A stretch of 64,000 bases of DNA from an uncultured Methylomirabilota bacterium (GCA_963705305.1 OY970067.1:1-64000), one strand, 5' to 3'; shown: positions 28,644 to 38,609, numbered from the stretch's first letter. Notes: generated by a model not told the origin, from the letters alone. Translations and numbers: made by a program.

Positions 28644-28782
28644 GCGTCGGCTCGGCGCGGGAGGCCGGCAGACCGGGAACTCCGGACCGGGCTCCGAATT
28701 TCGAACAGGAACCGGCACATCCACCAACAGGCCTTCGGCCGGAATCCGGAGAGGGCGCACACGACACAGAGGGAGATACGCT

Positions 28783-29550
28783 ATGGGGAACCGGCTGGCG
28801 GGCAAGGTTGCCATCGTCACGGGCGGGGCGTCGGGAATCGGCGAGGCCACCTGCCGTCTGTTTGTCCGTGAGGGGGCCCTGGGAGTCGTCATCGCCGACC
28901 TCAACGAGGCGGCCGGCAGGGCGTTGGAGGCCGAGCTTTCCCAGGCGGGAGGCCGGGTCATGTTCCAGCCGCTGGACATCACCCGCGAGGCGCAGTGGGT
29001 CGAGACCGTGGCCGCGTCCCTCGCGCGCTACGGCCGTCTGGACATCCTGGTCAACAACGCCGGGCGGGGCGGGCCGATCTCGCGTCCGGTGGTCGAGCAC
29101 ACCACCGAAGAAGGATGGGACACCATCTTTGCGGTCAACGCCAAGGGGACCATGCTGGGGATGAAGCACGCCATCCCCGCCATGCGGCGGTCCGGAGGCG
29201 GCTCCATCATCAACATGGTGTCCGTGTATGCCATCATTGGGGATGACTTCGGGACGGCCTACACCTCTTCGAAGGGAGCGGTGCGGAGCCTCACCCGCAC
29301 GGGGGCCATACAGTATGCGAAGGAGGGCATCCGGGTGAACGGCGTCTTCCCGGGATTCGTGGAGACCCCCATGACGCGGGAGTTCCACGCCCAGCCCGGG
29401 GTCCGGGAGAAGCGGACGGCCATGACGCCGCTGGGCCGCCTGGCGCAGCCGCAGGACATCGCCAACGGCATCCTCTTCCTGGCGTCCGACGAGTCCAGCT
29501 ACGTGACGGGCAGCGAGCTGGTCATTGACGGCGGCGTGAGCGCGCGCTGA
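28783..29550 (+). CDS. SDR family oxidoreductase
   Basis: TGGASGIG, NNAG, YTSSK. Confidence 0.93.
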   Translation: MGNRLAGKVAIVTGGASGIGEATCRLFVREGALGVVIADLNEAAGRALEAELSQAGGRVMFQPLDITREAQWVETVAASLARYGRLDILVNNAGRGGPISRPVVEHTTEEGWDTIFAVNAKGTMLGMKHAIPAMRRSGGGSIINMVSVYAIIGDDFGTAYTSSKGAVRSLTRTGAIQYAKEGIRVNGVFPGFVETPMTREFHAQPGVREKRTAMTPLGRLAQPQDIANGILFLASDESSYVTGSELVIDGGVSAR

Positions 29551-29570
29551 CCAAGGGGGGTGGGTTGCGA

Positions 29571-29839
29571 TCAGTGCCCGGGAAAGATTCCCGACACGGC
29601 CTCCAGGCGGGCGAATCCGTCCCGCAGGTTCACCTCTGCCTGCACGCCGAACTCCGCCCAGTAGGCGGCGATGTATCTGGCCAGGCACTGCTCGCTGCAC
29701 ACGCTGGCGGTGCAACTCGACGGGTCGTTGGCCCGGGGAACGACTCCCCCGCAGATGCGACAGAGGCCGGGAAAATCCTCCCCCCCTCCATCGGGTCCGA
29801 GGGCAGGACGATATTCGATTCCATTATCCGCAGGGCCAT
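29571..29839 (-). pseudogene. small Cys-rich putative metal-binding protein, frameshifted in a G7 tract
   Basis: AGGAG RBS + MALRIMESNIVLPSDPMEG, then EDFPGLCRICGG...CTASVCSEQCLARY in another frame; G7 at 29780-29786. Confidence 0.55.
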
Positions 29840-29896
29840 CACGCTTCTCCTGGTAGGATGATCCGCCTCGCTCCCGTTGGGATCGGCTCTCCCCTG

Positions 29897-29996
29897 AAAA
29901 AATTGCACCCCAAAGACCCAAGAAGGCCTCTGGGGGTGCATTCCGCGAAAGACCATCTGTGGGGCGTCACGGGTACCCGCCAGACAGATTCTTTCC
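29897..29996 (-). ncRNA. candidate structured leader RNA or sRNA ending in an intrinsic terminator
   Basis: Hairpin GAAAGA/AUCUGU/GGCG paired with CGCC/ACAGAU/UCUUUC, then a 15-bp stem followed by U6. Confidence 0.55.
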
Positions 29997-29999
29997 GTC

Positions 30000-30028
30000 A
30001 CGGTAGGGCAAGGCGGCGGCGGTGTCAA
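30000..30028 (-). promoter_or_regulatory. sigma70-type promoter
   Basis: TTGACA-17 nt-TACCGT. Confidence 0.6.
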
Positions 30029-30230
30029 GCCATTTCGACGTTTCCGGCTCCTCCCGTGAAGGTCCGCCGGCACGGCCCGGGAGGGGAGTTTCCCTTGACA
30101 CTCGGCCACAGATGGGCGATGTTCCCTCCTGCCGGGCGCTGAGCTTGGTTGATAGGGCGGCCCGGCGGGCCCGCGTGCTGGACGCGGAGGCGCGCGCGAT
30201 CGCTAACAGCCACGACGTACGGACCGACCG

Positions 30231-30698
30231 ATGATTCCGGAAAAGGTGAGAGCAGTCCTGGAGGCCCATCAGCTTCGCCCGCTGGAATTCGAGCCCGGAA
30301 GCACTCCCACCGCAGAGCTCGCCGCCCAGCGCATCGGCGTCCGGGTGGGACAGATCGCCAAATCCATCCTGCTCAGTGGCAAGGACGGGAAGCCCCGCAT
30401 GATCGTCCTGGCGGGTGACCGGCGCCTCTCCTCCCCCAAGGTGAAGAAGCTGCTGGGGGGGGTGAAGGCACGCATGGCCACGGCGGAGGAGACTCTCGCC
30501 GCCACGGGATTCAGCCCCGGTGGCGTGTGCCCCTTCGGCATTCAGGGGTTCGACATATTCGTCGATGAGAGCCTCCGGGCCTATGAGGCCATCTACCCTG
30601 CCGCCGGAACCGACGCCTCGGGCGTGCCGATGACCTTCGAGCTTCTTCTGGCCGTCACCGGAGCTCGGGTCTGCGACGTGAGTGACGGCCAGCCCTGA
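30231..30698 (+). CDS. YbaK/EbsC family aminoacyl-tRNA editing protein
   Basis: QIAKSIL, TGFSPGGVCPFG, YPAAG. Confidence 0.9.
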   Translation: MIPEKVRAVLEAHQLRPLEFEPGSTPTAELAAQRIGVRVGQIAKSILLSGKDGKPRMIVLAGDRRLSSPKVKKLLGGVKARMATAEETLAATGFSPGGVCPFGIQGFDIFVDESLRAYEAIYPAAGTDASGVPMTFELLLAVTGARVCDVSDGQP

Positions 30699-30751
30699 TC
30701 CCGTAACCCGAATCCCCAGCGCGCCAAGAGCGACGGCGTCTTGAAAGAGTC

Positions 30752-32806
30752 ATGGCCCCCGAAATCGTCCCCTCGGTTTGCCCGCACGACTGCCCCAGCA
30801 CCTGCGCCCTGGACGTGGAGCGGCTCGACGACCGGACCGTCGGCCGCGTGCACGGCGCCCGCGGCCACCCCTACACGGCCGGGGTGATTTGCGCCAAGAC
30901 GGCCCGCTATGCCGAGCGGGTGCACCATCCCGATCGCCTGAAGACGCCCCTCCGGCGCGTCGGCCCCAAGGGGGCCGCCCAATGGCAGGCCGTCTCGTGG
31001 GACGACGCCCTGGATGCCGTCGCCGAGGCCTTCGTCCGGGCGGCGCAGCGGCAGGGGGGCGAGTCGGTCTGGCCCTACTACTATGCCGGCACCATGGGGC
31101 TGGTCATGCGCGACGGCATCAACCGGCTGCGCCACGTCATGCGCTACTCCCGCCAGGCCAAGACCATCTGTACGGCCCTGGCCGACGCCGGCTGGCTGGC
31201 AGGGCATGGCGCGAAGCGGGGCGCCGATCCCCGCGAGATGGCGGAGAGCGACTTGATCGTGGTCTGGGGGGGCAACCCGGTGGCCACCCAGGTCAACGTC
31301 ATGACCCACCTGACGCGCGCCCGCAAGGCCCGCGGCGCGAAGCTGGTGGTGATCGACCCGTACCGCACGGGGACCGCGGCCGCGGCGGACTTGCATCTGG
31401 CCCTCCGTCCCGGCACTGATGGGGCGCTGGCCGCCGCCGTCCTGCACGTCCTGTTCCGGGATGGGTACGCCGACCGGGACTACCTCGCCACGTTCACCGA
31501 TTACACCCCGGTCCTGGAGCAGCACCTGGCCGGACGCACGCCGGCCTGGGCCGGCGCCATCACCGGGCTCGCCGTCGAAGAGATCGAGAAGTTCGCGCGG
31601 CTGTACGGCCGGACCAAGCGCAGCTTCCTCCGGATGGGCTACGGTTTTTCCCGCAGCCGGAACGGCGCCGCCCAGATGCACGCGGCCAGCTGCCTGCCCG
31701 CGGTGACCGGGGCCTGGCGGCACCGGGGGGGCGGCGCCCTCTACTCCAACGCCGCCATCTACCCCTGGAACAAGACCATGATCGAGGGCCTGGACCGCCT
31801 GGATCGCAGCGTGCGCGAGCTGGACATGAGCCGTCTCGGTCCGATCCTTACCGGCGATCCGCAGGCGCTCGCCGGCGGACCCCCGGTGGCCGCCATGCTG
31901 ATCCAGAACTCCAACCCGGCGGTGGTCGCCCCGGAGACGTTGAAGGTGCGGTGGGGGCTCCTGCGCGACGACCTCTTCGTAGCGGTACACGAGCAGTTCA
32001 TGACCGAGACGGCGGCCCTGGCCGACATCGTCCTGCCCGCCACGACCTTCCTCGAGCACGACGACGTGTACCAGGGCGGCGGCCATACCTTCGTGCAGCT
32101 CGGCCGGAAAGCGATCGAGCCGTACGCGGAGTCGCGCGACAACCACTGGGTCCTCCAGCAGCTGGCCCGGCGGCTGGGGGCCGCGCATCCCGGCTTTGCC
32201 CTGAGCGCCTGGGAGCTGATCGATTGGACACTGCGGGCCTCCGGCCTCCCCGACGCCGAGACGCTGGCCCGTCTGCGCTGGGTCGACTGCGCGCTGCCCT
32301 TCGAGCGGGCCCATTTCCTGGACGGCTTCGGCACGGCCGACGGGAAGTTCCACTTCTGCCCCGACTGGTCCAGTTTGGGTCCGGCCGGCGCCGGGCTGCC
32401 GCGCTTCCCGGACCACTGCGCGGTGATCGACGCGGCCGCGCCCGGGCGACCGTTCCGCCTGGTGACCGCTCCCGCCCGCCAGTTTCTCAACACCACGTTC
32501 ACCGAGACGCCCGGCTCGCTGGCTCGCGAGGGCCGCCCGACGGCTCTCATCCATCCGACCGACTGCGCCGCGCTCGGACTGGGCGAGGGCTCGCTCGTGC
32601 GCATCGGCAACGACCGGGCCAGCGTCCTGGTGCACGCCCGCCTCTTCGACGGGCTGCAGCCCGGCGTGGTGGTGGTGGAGGGCATCTGGCCCAACGGCGC
32701 CTTTCGCGAGGGGCTGGGCATCAATGCCCTGGTGAGCGCCGAGCCGGGCCTGCCGGGCGGCGGCGCGGTCTTTCACGACACCGCCGTCTGGCTGCGGGCG
32801 GAGTGA
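30752..32806 (+). CDS. molybdopterin oxidoreductase family protein
   Basis: CPHDCPSTC...ICAK Fe-S motif, VVIDPYRT, ADIVLPATT. Confidence 0.93.
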   Translation: MAPEIVPSVCPHDCPSTCALDVERLDDRTVGRVHGARGHPYTAGVICAKTARYAERVHHPDRLKTPLRRVGPKGAAQWQAVSWDDALDAVAEAFVRAAQRQGGESVWPYYYAGTMGLVMRDGINRLRHVMRYSRQAKTICTALADAGWLAGHGAKRGADPREMAESDLIVVWGGNPVATQVNVMTHLTRARKARGAKLVVIDPYRTGTAAAADLHLALRPGTDGALAAAVLHVLFRDGYADRDYLATFTDYTPVLEQHLAGRTPAWAGAITGLAVEEIEKFARLYGRTKRSFLRMGYGFSRSRNGAAQMHAASCLPAVTGAWRHRGGGALYSNAAIYPWNKTMIEGLDRLDRSVRELDMSRLGPILTGDPQALAGGPPVAAMLIQNSNPAVVAPETLKVRWGLLRDDLFVAVHEQFMTETAALADIVLPATTFLEHDDVYQGGGHTFVQLGRKAIEPYAESRDNHWVLQQLARRLGAAHPGFALSAWELIDWTLRASGLPDAETLARLRWVDCALPFERAHFLDGFGTADGKFHFCPDWSSLGPAGAGLPRFPDHCAVIDAAAPGRPFRLVTAPARQFLNTTFTETPGSLAREGRPTALIHPTDCAALGLGEGSLVRIGNDRASVLVHARLFDGLQPGVVVVEGIWPNGAFREGLGINALVSAEPGLPGGGAVFHDTAVWLRAE

Positions 32807-32853
32807 TCCTTTTTCCCCGCGCGGCGCGTCCCGCACGGAAGGAGGCAGCCCCC

Positions 32854-33858
32854 ATGGAATACCGATCGCTCGGACGGACCGGCGTGATGGTGTCCCCCCT
32901 GTGCCTGGGGACGATGAACTTCGGCACACCCACCGGCAAAGAGGAATCCCTGGCGATCATCCGGCAGGCCCTGGAGGCGGGGATCAACGTCGTCGATACG
33001 GCCAATGTATACAATGCCGGCGAGAGCGAGCGCATCGTCGGCGAGGGACTCAAGGAGGGCGGACGCCGCCGCCAGGTGATCCTGGCGACCAAGGTCCACG
33101 GCAAGATGGGCGAGGGCCCCAACGACCGGGGGACCTCCCGCTACCACATCCTGCGGGCCTGCGAGGATTCCCTGCGCCGCCTTCAGACCGACTACATTGA
33201 CCTGTACCAGCTCCACCGGCCGCCACTCACCGTCCCGCAGGACGAGACCCTGCGCGCGTTCGACGATCTGGTCCGATCGGGGAAGGTGCTCTACATCGGC
33301 TGCACCACCCACCCCGCCTGGATGGTGATGGAGGCCTTGGCCACCAGCGAGCGGTACGGCCTGGCCCGCTACATCAGCGAGCAGCCCCCCTACAACCTCC
33401 TCGACCGCCGCGTCGAGAACGAGCTGGTTCCGCTGTGTCAGAAGCACGGCTTGGCGATCCTCCCCTGGTCGCCCCTGGGAGGCGGCATCCTGGCGGGCCG
33501 CTATCCGGGGGAAGGCGGGACCCCCGCGGATTCGCGGGCTGCCCGCTGGGGAGAGCGGTTTCAATTTCGCGTCAGCCGGAAGGCGCTCGACGTGGCCGCC
33601 AGGCTTGCAGCCATGGCGCGGGAGCGCGGGCTGACGGCGGCGCAGCTGGCCCTCCTCTGGGTCAAGGACCAGCCCGGCGTCACCTCGCCCATCCTCGGCC
33701 CCCGGACGCTCGCCCACCTAGAGGCCGGGCTGGCGGTGCTGGACCGGAAGCTGGACGAGGCCGACCGGCCGCTGCTCGATGCGCTGGTGCACCCCGGCAA
33801 CGCCGTCGCCGACTTCCACAACACCAACGAGTGGATGAAGGCGCGGATCGGGGACTAG
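32854..33858 (+). CDS. aldo/keto reductase
   Basis: LCLGTMNFG, DTANVY, DYIDLYQLH, PWSPLGGG. Confidence 0.95.
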   Translation: MEYRSLGRTGVMVSPLCLGTMNFGTPTGKEESLAIIRQALEAGINVVDTANVYNAGESERIVGEGLKEGGRRRQVILATKVHGKMGEGPNDRGTSRYHILRACEDSLRRLQTDYIDLYQLHRPPLTVPQDETLRAFDDLVRSGKVLYIGCTTHPAWMVMEALATSERYGLARYISEQPPYNLLDRRVENELVPLCQKHGLAILPWSPLGGGILAGRYPGEGGTPADSRAARWGERFQFRVSRKALDVAARLAAMARERGLTAAQLALLWVKDQPGVTSPILGPRTLAHLEAGLAVLDRKLDEADRPLLDALVHPGNAVADFHNTNEWMKARIGD

Positions 33859-33902
33859 CCGGAGTCGCGAGAAGGGGAAGGATTGACGGACGGGAGACAG
33901 CC

Positions 33903-34979
33903 ATGAAGATCACATCGATTGAATGCCATCTGCTGCGCATTCCCACTCCGCGGCCGATCTCCCTGGAGTTTCCGGAGCACGCGCTGGTGACGGCCGCCAT
34001 CGCGACCGACGAAGGGGTGGGCGGCCTGGGTTATAGTCTCGTCTTCGGCGGAGGCGGGGCCGAGGCGGTCCGGGCCTACCTGGAGACCCGGCTCAAGCCG
34101 CTGCTCCTCGGCCAGGACCCGCTTTTCATCGAGCGACTGTGGGAGCGTATGTACCGGGCGGATCGCGGCATCCGGCGCCAGGGCATTGCGGGATACGCGG
34201 TGGCTGCCATCGACATCGGGCTCTGGGATCTGGTGGGAAAGGCGGCCGGCCTCCCGCTATACAAGCTCTGGGGCGCGGTGAAAGACCGCATCCCCGCCTA
34301 CGGGAGCGGCGGCTGGCCCAGCTACCCGGTCGAGGACGTGATCGGCGAGGCTGCGCGATACGCCGCGATGGGCTGCCGGTATTACAAGCTGAAGATTCAC
34401 GATCCCGATCCGCGGGTCAATCGCCAGCGGGTCGAGACGGTGTGGAAGGCGGTGGGGGGCGACATGCGACTGATGGTGGACGCCAACCAGAAGCTTGATG
34501 TTCAGGGGGCCATCCGCCAGGCGGCGATGCTGGAGGAGTTTGACCTGGTCTGGCTCGAAGAGCCGGTGCTGGCCGACGATATCGCCTCCTGCGCCGAGGT
34601 GGCCCGCTCCATCCGGATCCCGGTAGCGACCGGCGAGAACAACCAGACGCGCTTCGAGTTCCGCGAGCTGATCGAGCGGCAGGCGGCGCGCTACCTGATG
34701 CCGGACGTTTGCCGGGCCAACGGCTTCAGCGAGACCTTGCGCATCGGCCACCTGGCGGCGGCCCACCAGGTCGCCGTCACGCCCCACGTGGTTCACGAAC
34801 TCTCGATCCAGATCCTCGGCACGCTGGCCAACGGCTTCCTCGCTGAATTCATCGACTGGGCGCCCGGGGATCTGTTCGAGGAGATGCCGCGCTGCGAGGG
34901 CGGTCACTTCAGGCTGCCCGACCGGCCGGGGCACGGGATGGCCCTGGCGCCCGGCGCCGAGTGCAAGTACGGCGGCTAG
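33903..34979 (+). CDS. mandelate racemase/muconate lactonizing enzyme family protein
   Basis: KLK, MVDANQ, WLEEP, ATGEN. Confidence 0.92.
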   Translation: MKITSIECHLLRIPTPRPISLEFPEHALVTAAIATDEGVGGLGYSLVFGGGGAEAVRAYLETRLKPLLLGQDPLFIERLWERMYRADRGIRRQGIAGYAVAAIDIGLWDLVGKAAGLPLYKLWGAVKDRIPAYGSGGWPSYPVEDVIGEAARYAAMGCRYYKLKIHDPDPRVNRQRVETVWKAVGGDMRLMVDANQKLDVQGAIRQAAMLEEFDLVWLEEPVLADDIASCAEVARSIRIPVATGENNQTRFEFRELIERQAARYLMPDVCRANGFSETLRIGHLAAAHQVAVTPHVVHELSIQILGTLANGFLAEFIDWAPGDLFEEMPRCEGGHFRLPDRPGHGMALAPGAECKYGG

Positions 34980-35003
34980 CGCCGAGACATCCAGCCGGCT
35001 CCC

Positions 35004-36053
35004 TCACCGGCGGAAGAAGTCGGCTGTCTTCCGCATGGCGTCGGCCGCCTCCTCCACGTCGGAGGCCGTGACGTGCCGGTGGGTCAGCCAGCGCAGCGTG
35101 TCCTTCTGCTGCGCCAGCACATACACGTTGTGGGCCGCCAGCTTCTCCGCCACCGCGGCCGCCGGCACGCTGAGGCCGGACACCTTCAACCGGACGATGT
35201 TCGTCTGGACCTTGGACACGTCCACAGCCACACCAGGAATCCTCGCCAGCTTCTCGGCCAGATCTCTGGCGTTGGCATGGTCCTCCGCCAGGCGATCGAC
35301 CATGGTTCGCAAGGCCACCAGGCCCGCCGCGGCAATGACCCCTCCCTGCCGCAGGGTGCCGCCGAGCATCTTCCGCTTTTTCCTGGCCGCCGCGATGAAA
35401 TCCCGGGCGCCCACGATGACCGCCCCCACCGGGCAGCTCAGCCCCTTGGAGAGGCAGAAGGTGGTCGAGTCGGTCTGGGCCGCGAGCTCCCTGGCAGGCA
35501 CGCCCAGGGCCACTGCCGCGTTGAAGATGCGAGCTCCGTCCAGGTGGACCGGGATGCCGCGCCGCGCCGCCACCGCCTTGACGGCCGCCATTTGCGCCAC
35601 GCTCCAGCAGGTTCCGCCGGCGACGTTGTGGGTGTTCTCGAGGCAGATGAGTCCGGTCTGGGGAAAATGGACGTTGTCGCCGCGGATGGCGTCCTCCACG
35701 TCCACGGGCGCCATCACGCCGTCCGTTCCGGGAACCCTGTTGACGACCAGCCCCCCCACCGCCGCCATCCCGCCGACCTCGTACCAGTAGATGTGGGCGT
35801 CCTTCTCCATGATGATCTCCTGGCCGGGAGTCGTGTGGGCCAGAAGCGAGACCAGATTCCCCGCGGTGCCGCTCACCACGAACAGACCGGCCTCCTTGCC
35901 GAGAAGCTGCGCCGAGTACTCCTCCAACTCACGGACGGTCGGATCGCCCTCGCGGCCATCATCCCCCAGCCTGGCACGCCGCATCGCCTCCAGCATCTCC
36001 TCGGTCGGCTCGGTCACAGTGTCGCTGCGAAAATCCAGCTTCGCATTCAGCAT
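35004..36053 (-). CDS. ltaE: low-specificity L-threonine aldolase
   Basis: DFRSDTVT, LENTHN, HLDGARIFNA, CLSKGL. Confidence 0.93.
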   Translation of the reverse strand: MLNAKLDFRSDTVTEPTEEMLEAMRRARLGDDGREGDPTVRELEEYSAQLLGKEAGLFVVSGTAGNLVSLLAHTTPGQEIIMEKDAHIYWYEVGGMAAVGGLVVNRVPGTDGVMAPVDVEDAIRGDNVHFPQTGLICLENTHNVAGGTCWSVAQMAAVKAVAARRGIPVHLDGARIFNAAVALGVPARELAAQTDSTTFCLSKGLSCPVGAVIVGARDFIAAARKKRKMLGGTLRQGGVIAAAGLVALRTMVDRLAEDHANARDLAEKLARIPGVAVDVSKVQTNIVRLKVSGLSVPAAAVAEKLAAHNVYVLAQQKDTLRWLTHRHVTASDVEEAADAMRKTADFFRR

Positions 36054-36145
36054 TCATTTCTCCTCGGCGCGCTGTCGCACCTAGTCGCTCTCTCCTCGGT
36101 GCCCTGCGCGCGTCGACCCGCGCGGGGGAGAGCTGTGCCGCCGGC

Positions 36146-36415
36146 TCACATCCGCGTGCATACGTAGGTGGCCTGAAAGCCCGCGTCAGTCAGTTTTTGC
36201 AAGACCCGAAAGCCCGCCTGCCACAGAAGCCCTTCCATCACCCAATCGTAGGTGCTGTGCTCCTTGCGGACATACAGCTCGGCCTCCTTGGCCAGCCGCG
36301 GCCACGCCTTCTTCCGGATGGATTGGACCCAAGCGCGGAGGCGCCGATCCAGGTCCGGCGTCGCGGAGGGGAAGACGATGTCGAAAAGGACAGCGCCGGA
36401 GGTTTCCGCCTCATG
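36146..36415 (-). pseudogene. C-terminal fragment of a class I methyltransferase-like gene
   Basis: LFDIVF...EHSTYDWVMEGLLWQAGF; no N-terminal SAM-binding motif. Confidence 0.4.
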
Positions 36416-37157
36416 GTATCTCCACCCCCGCCCGGGGGGCTCCACCCCCCGCATGCCTGCGCGCCTCTTCGAGCGCCTCCGGCGAGCCGATGTCCTGCCA
36501 GTAGGCCCCATCTACCCGGTGGGCGATGATCCGCTCCCCTTCCCCGGCCAGCCGCAGGTAGGTCCGGATGATCGAGAAGGTGCCTGTCTCGGTCATCCTG
36601 GGGAAGATCGCCGGGTCTACCGCGTGGATGCCGGTGAAGGCCACCCGCTCGGCGTCATTGACCGGGTCCATCGCCCAGCCCACACCCTTCGGCGACTCCC
36701 AGCCGCACAGCCGGCCGTCCCGGTCAAACAAGAGCTGGCGCGAGCTGGGCCGGCTCTGCACCGCCAGCGTTGCCAGCGCCCCCGCCTGCCGATGGAAGCG
36801 GAGCAGCCCCGACAGGTCGATATCGCTCAGGACGTCCACGTTATGGAGGAGGAACGGCCGCCCGTCGTCGAAGAACCACGCCACGTTCTTCAGCCCGCCT
36901 CCGGTGTCGAGCAGCTCCGCCTCGCGCGTGCATTCGATGCGGAGGCCGAAATTGCCCTTCGAGGCCAGGAACCGCGCGATGCGCTCGCCCATGTGATGGA
37001 GGTTGACGACCAGCTCGGTCACGCCGGCGGCCCGGAGCCTGCCGATCACCCGCTCGATCATCGGGGCCCCGCCGACATCCACCAGGGCCTTGGGGGTCTT
37101 GTCGGTCATCGGCCGGAGGCGGCTCCCGACCCCGGCAGCCAGGATCATCGCCTTCAT
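36411..37157 (-). CDS. nucleotidyltransferase (MurU-like)
   Basis: MKAMILAAGVGSRLRPMTDKTPKAL, LDTGGG, WQDIG. Confidence 0.9.
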   Translation of the reverse strand: MKAMILAAGVGSRLRPMTDKTPKALVDVGGAPMIERVIGRLRAAGVTELVVNLHHMGERIARFLASKGNFGLRIECTREAELLDTGGGLKNVAWFFDDGRPFLLHNVDVLSDIDLSGLLRFHRQAGALATLAVQSRPSSRQLLFDRDGRLCGWESPKGVGWAMDPVNDAERVAFTGIHAVDPAIFPRMTETGTFSIIRTYLRLAGEGERIIAHRVDGAYWQDIGSPEALEEARRHAGGGAPRAGVEIP

Positions 37158-38593
37158 CTCGCGCTGGTCTCCTGGGCCAGGTGGCGCACCTCTACGCTCA
37201 CCCGGAGCTTCTCGCGCAGATGGGCGGCCAGCCGCTCGGCGCAATACACGGAGCGGTGCTGGCCGCCCGTGCAGCCGAACGCGACGAGGAGGTCGGTGAA
37301 GTTGCGCTGCTGGTAATTCTCGACGGTCCGATCGATCAGCGCGAACACGTGCACGAGAAACTCGCCCACGGCGGCTTCGCCATCGAGGAAGGCGATGACG
37401 GGATCGTCGCGACCCGTCAGGGCCGCGTACTGTTCGTACCGGCCGGGGTTGGGCAGAGCCCGGCAGTCGAACACGTAGCCGCCCCCATGCCCTTTCTCAT
37501 CGGTCGGCACGCCATCCCCGTACGAGAAGCTCTGGATCCTGACCGTGAGCCCGAGCGAGGCCGCCCCGAACTGCCGGAGGGACGAGGAGGCCACGAGGCG
37601 ATGCCACACCCCCGTCAGCTCGGGCAGCTCGATGGGCAGGTCGCACTTCCGCAGCAGGTACTCGAGATTCCGGACGGCGTAGGGAATGCTGGCCAGGAAG
37701 TGCTGCTTTCGCTCGTAGAACCCGCGCAGGCCATAGGCCCCCATCGCCTGCATGATCCGGATGTAGACAAAGCCGGGGTAGTGGGCCAGGAAGGCCGCCC
37801 GATCGACCGGTTCGTGCCGCGAGGCGGCCTCAAGGTACCGCTCGACCAGCTCGTCCCGGACCTCGACCGGAAGGTCGGCCTTGGCGTCGAACAGGAGCGA
37901 CGCCACGTCGTACTGGAGGGCGCCCCGGCGGCCGCCCTGATAATCGATGAAGTACGGCCCCTCGCTCCTGACCATGATGTTGCGGGACTGGAAGTCCCGG
38001 TAGAGGAAGAAGCGCCGATCGGCCCGCAGCAGGAAGTCGGCAAACCGCTCGAAGTCGTCCTCCAACGCCTGCTCGTTAAACGGGATCTTCGCCAGCCGCA
38101 GGAAGTAGTACTTGAAGTAGTTGAGGTCCCACAGCATGGACTGCTTGTCGAAGCTTGATCGGGGGTAGCAGACGCCGTAGTCCAGGGTCCGGCCGGCCTC
38201 GATCTGGAAGCGCGGCAGGGTCTCGATCGCCCTCTGGTACAGCTCGAGCGTCTTGTCCGAGAGCTTGTCCCCGACCCGATTCGCCTCCAGAAACTCGAAC
38301 AGCGTCGTGTCGCCGAGGTCCTCCTCCAGGTAGATTCCCTGATCGAGATCCTCCGCGTAGATCTCGGGAACCGGCAAACGGCACCGGCGGAAATGGCGCG
38401 AGAACCCCAGGAACGCCCGGTTCTCCTGGAAATCCTGGCTGATCGCACCGATCGCCGTCCGCGTGGCCGAAGACAGGCGGAAGAGCGTGCGGGCCGACGC
38501 ATCGCCCCGGAGCGGCACAGCCGCCTCGACCGGCTCGCGGAAGTGGGCTTCGAACAGCGCCCTGAGAGGCTGATCGACCGGCGGCGGATTCAC
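37154..38593 (-). CDS. APH/AmgK-like phosphotransferase fused to a RapZ-like C-terminal domain
   Basis: GDASAR, EDLGD, YRDFQSRN, IDYQ; C-terminal SFSY, FDCRALPNP, FGCTGGQHRSV. Confidence 0.88.
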   Translation of the reverse strand: MNPPPVDQPLRALFEAHFREPVEAAVPLRGDASARTLFRLSSATRTAIGAISQDFQENRAFLGFSRHFRRCRLPVPEIYAEDLDQGIYLEEDLGDTTLFEFLEANRVGDKLSDKTLELYQRAIETLPRFQIEAGRTLDYGVCYPRSSFDKQSMLWDLNYFKYYFLRLAKIPFNEQALEDDFERFADFLLRADRRFFLYRDFQSRNIMVRSEGPYFIDYQGGRRGALQYDVASLLFDAKADLPVEVRDELVERYLEAASRHEPVDRAAFLAHYPGFVYIRIMQAMGAYGLRGFYERKQHFLASIPYAVRNLEYLLRKCDLPIELPELTGVWHRLVASSSLRQFGAASLGLTVRIQSFSYGDGVPTDEKGHGGGYVFDCRALPNPGRYEQYAALTGRDDPVIAFLDGEAAVGEFLVHVFALIDRTVENYQQRNFTDLLVAFGCTGGQHRSVYCAERLAAHLREKLRVSVEVRHLAQETSAR

Positions 38594-38609
38594 GGCCTCT
38601 CCACTGAGG

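Noticed and set aside
30593..32929. 778-aa minus-strand ORF, and similar long antisense ORFs (e.g. 26994-28982, 61704-63632, 51463-53025)
   Set aside because: Shadow ORFs opposite well-supported genes in high-GC DNA, with no recognisable motifs.
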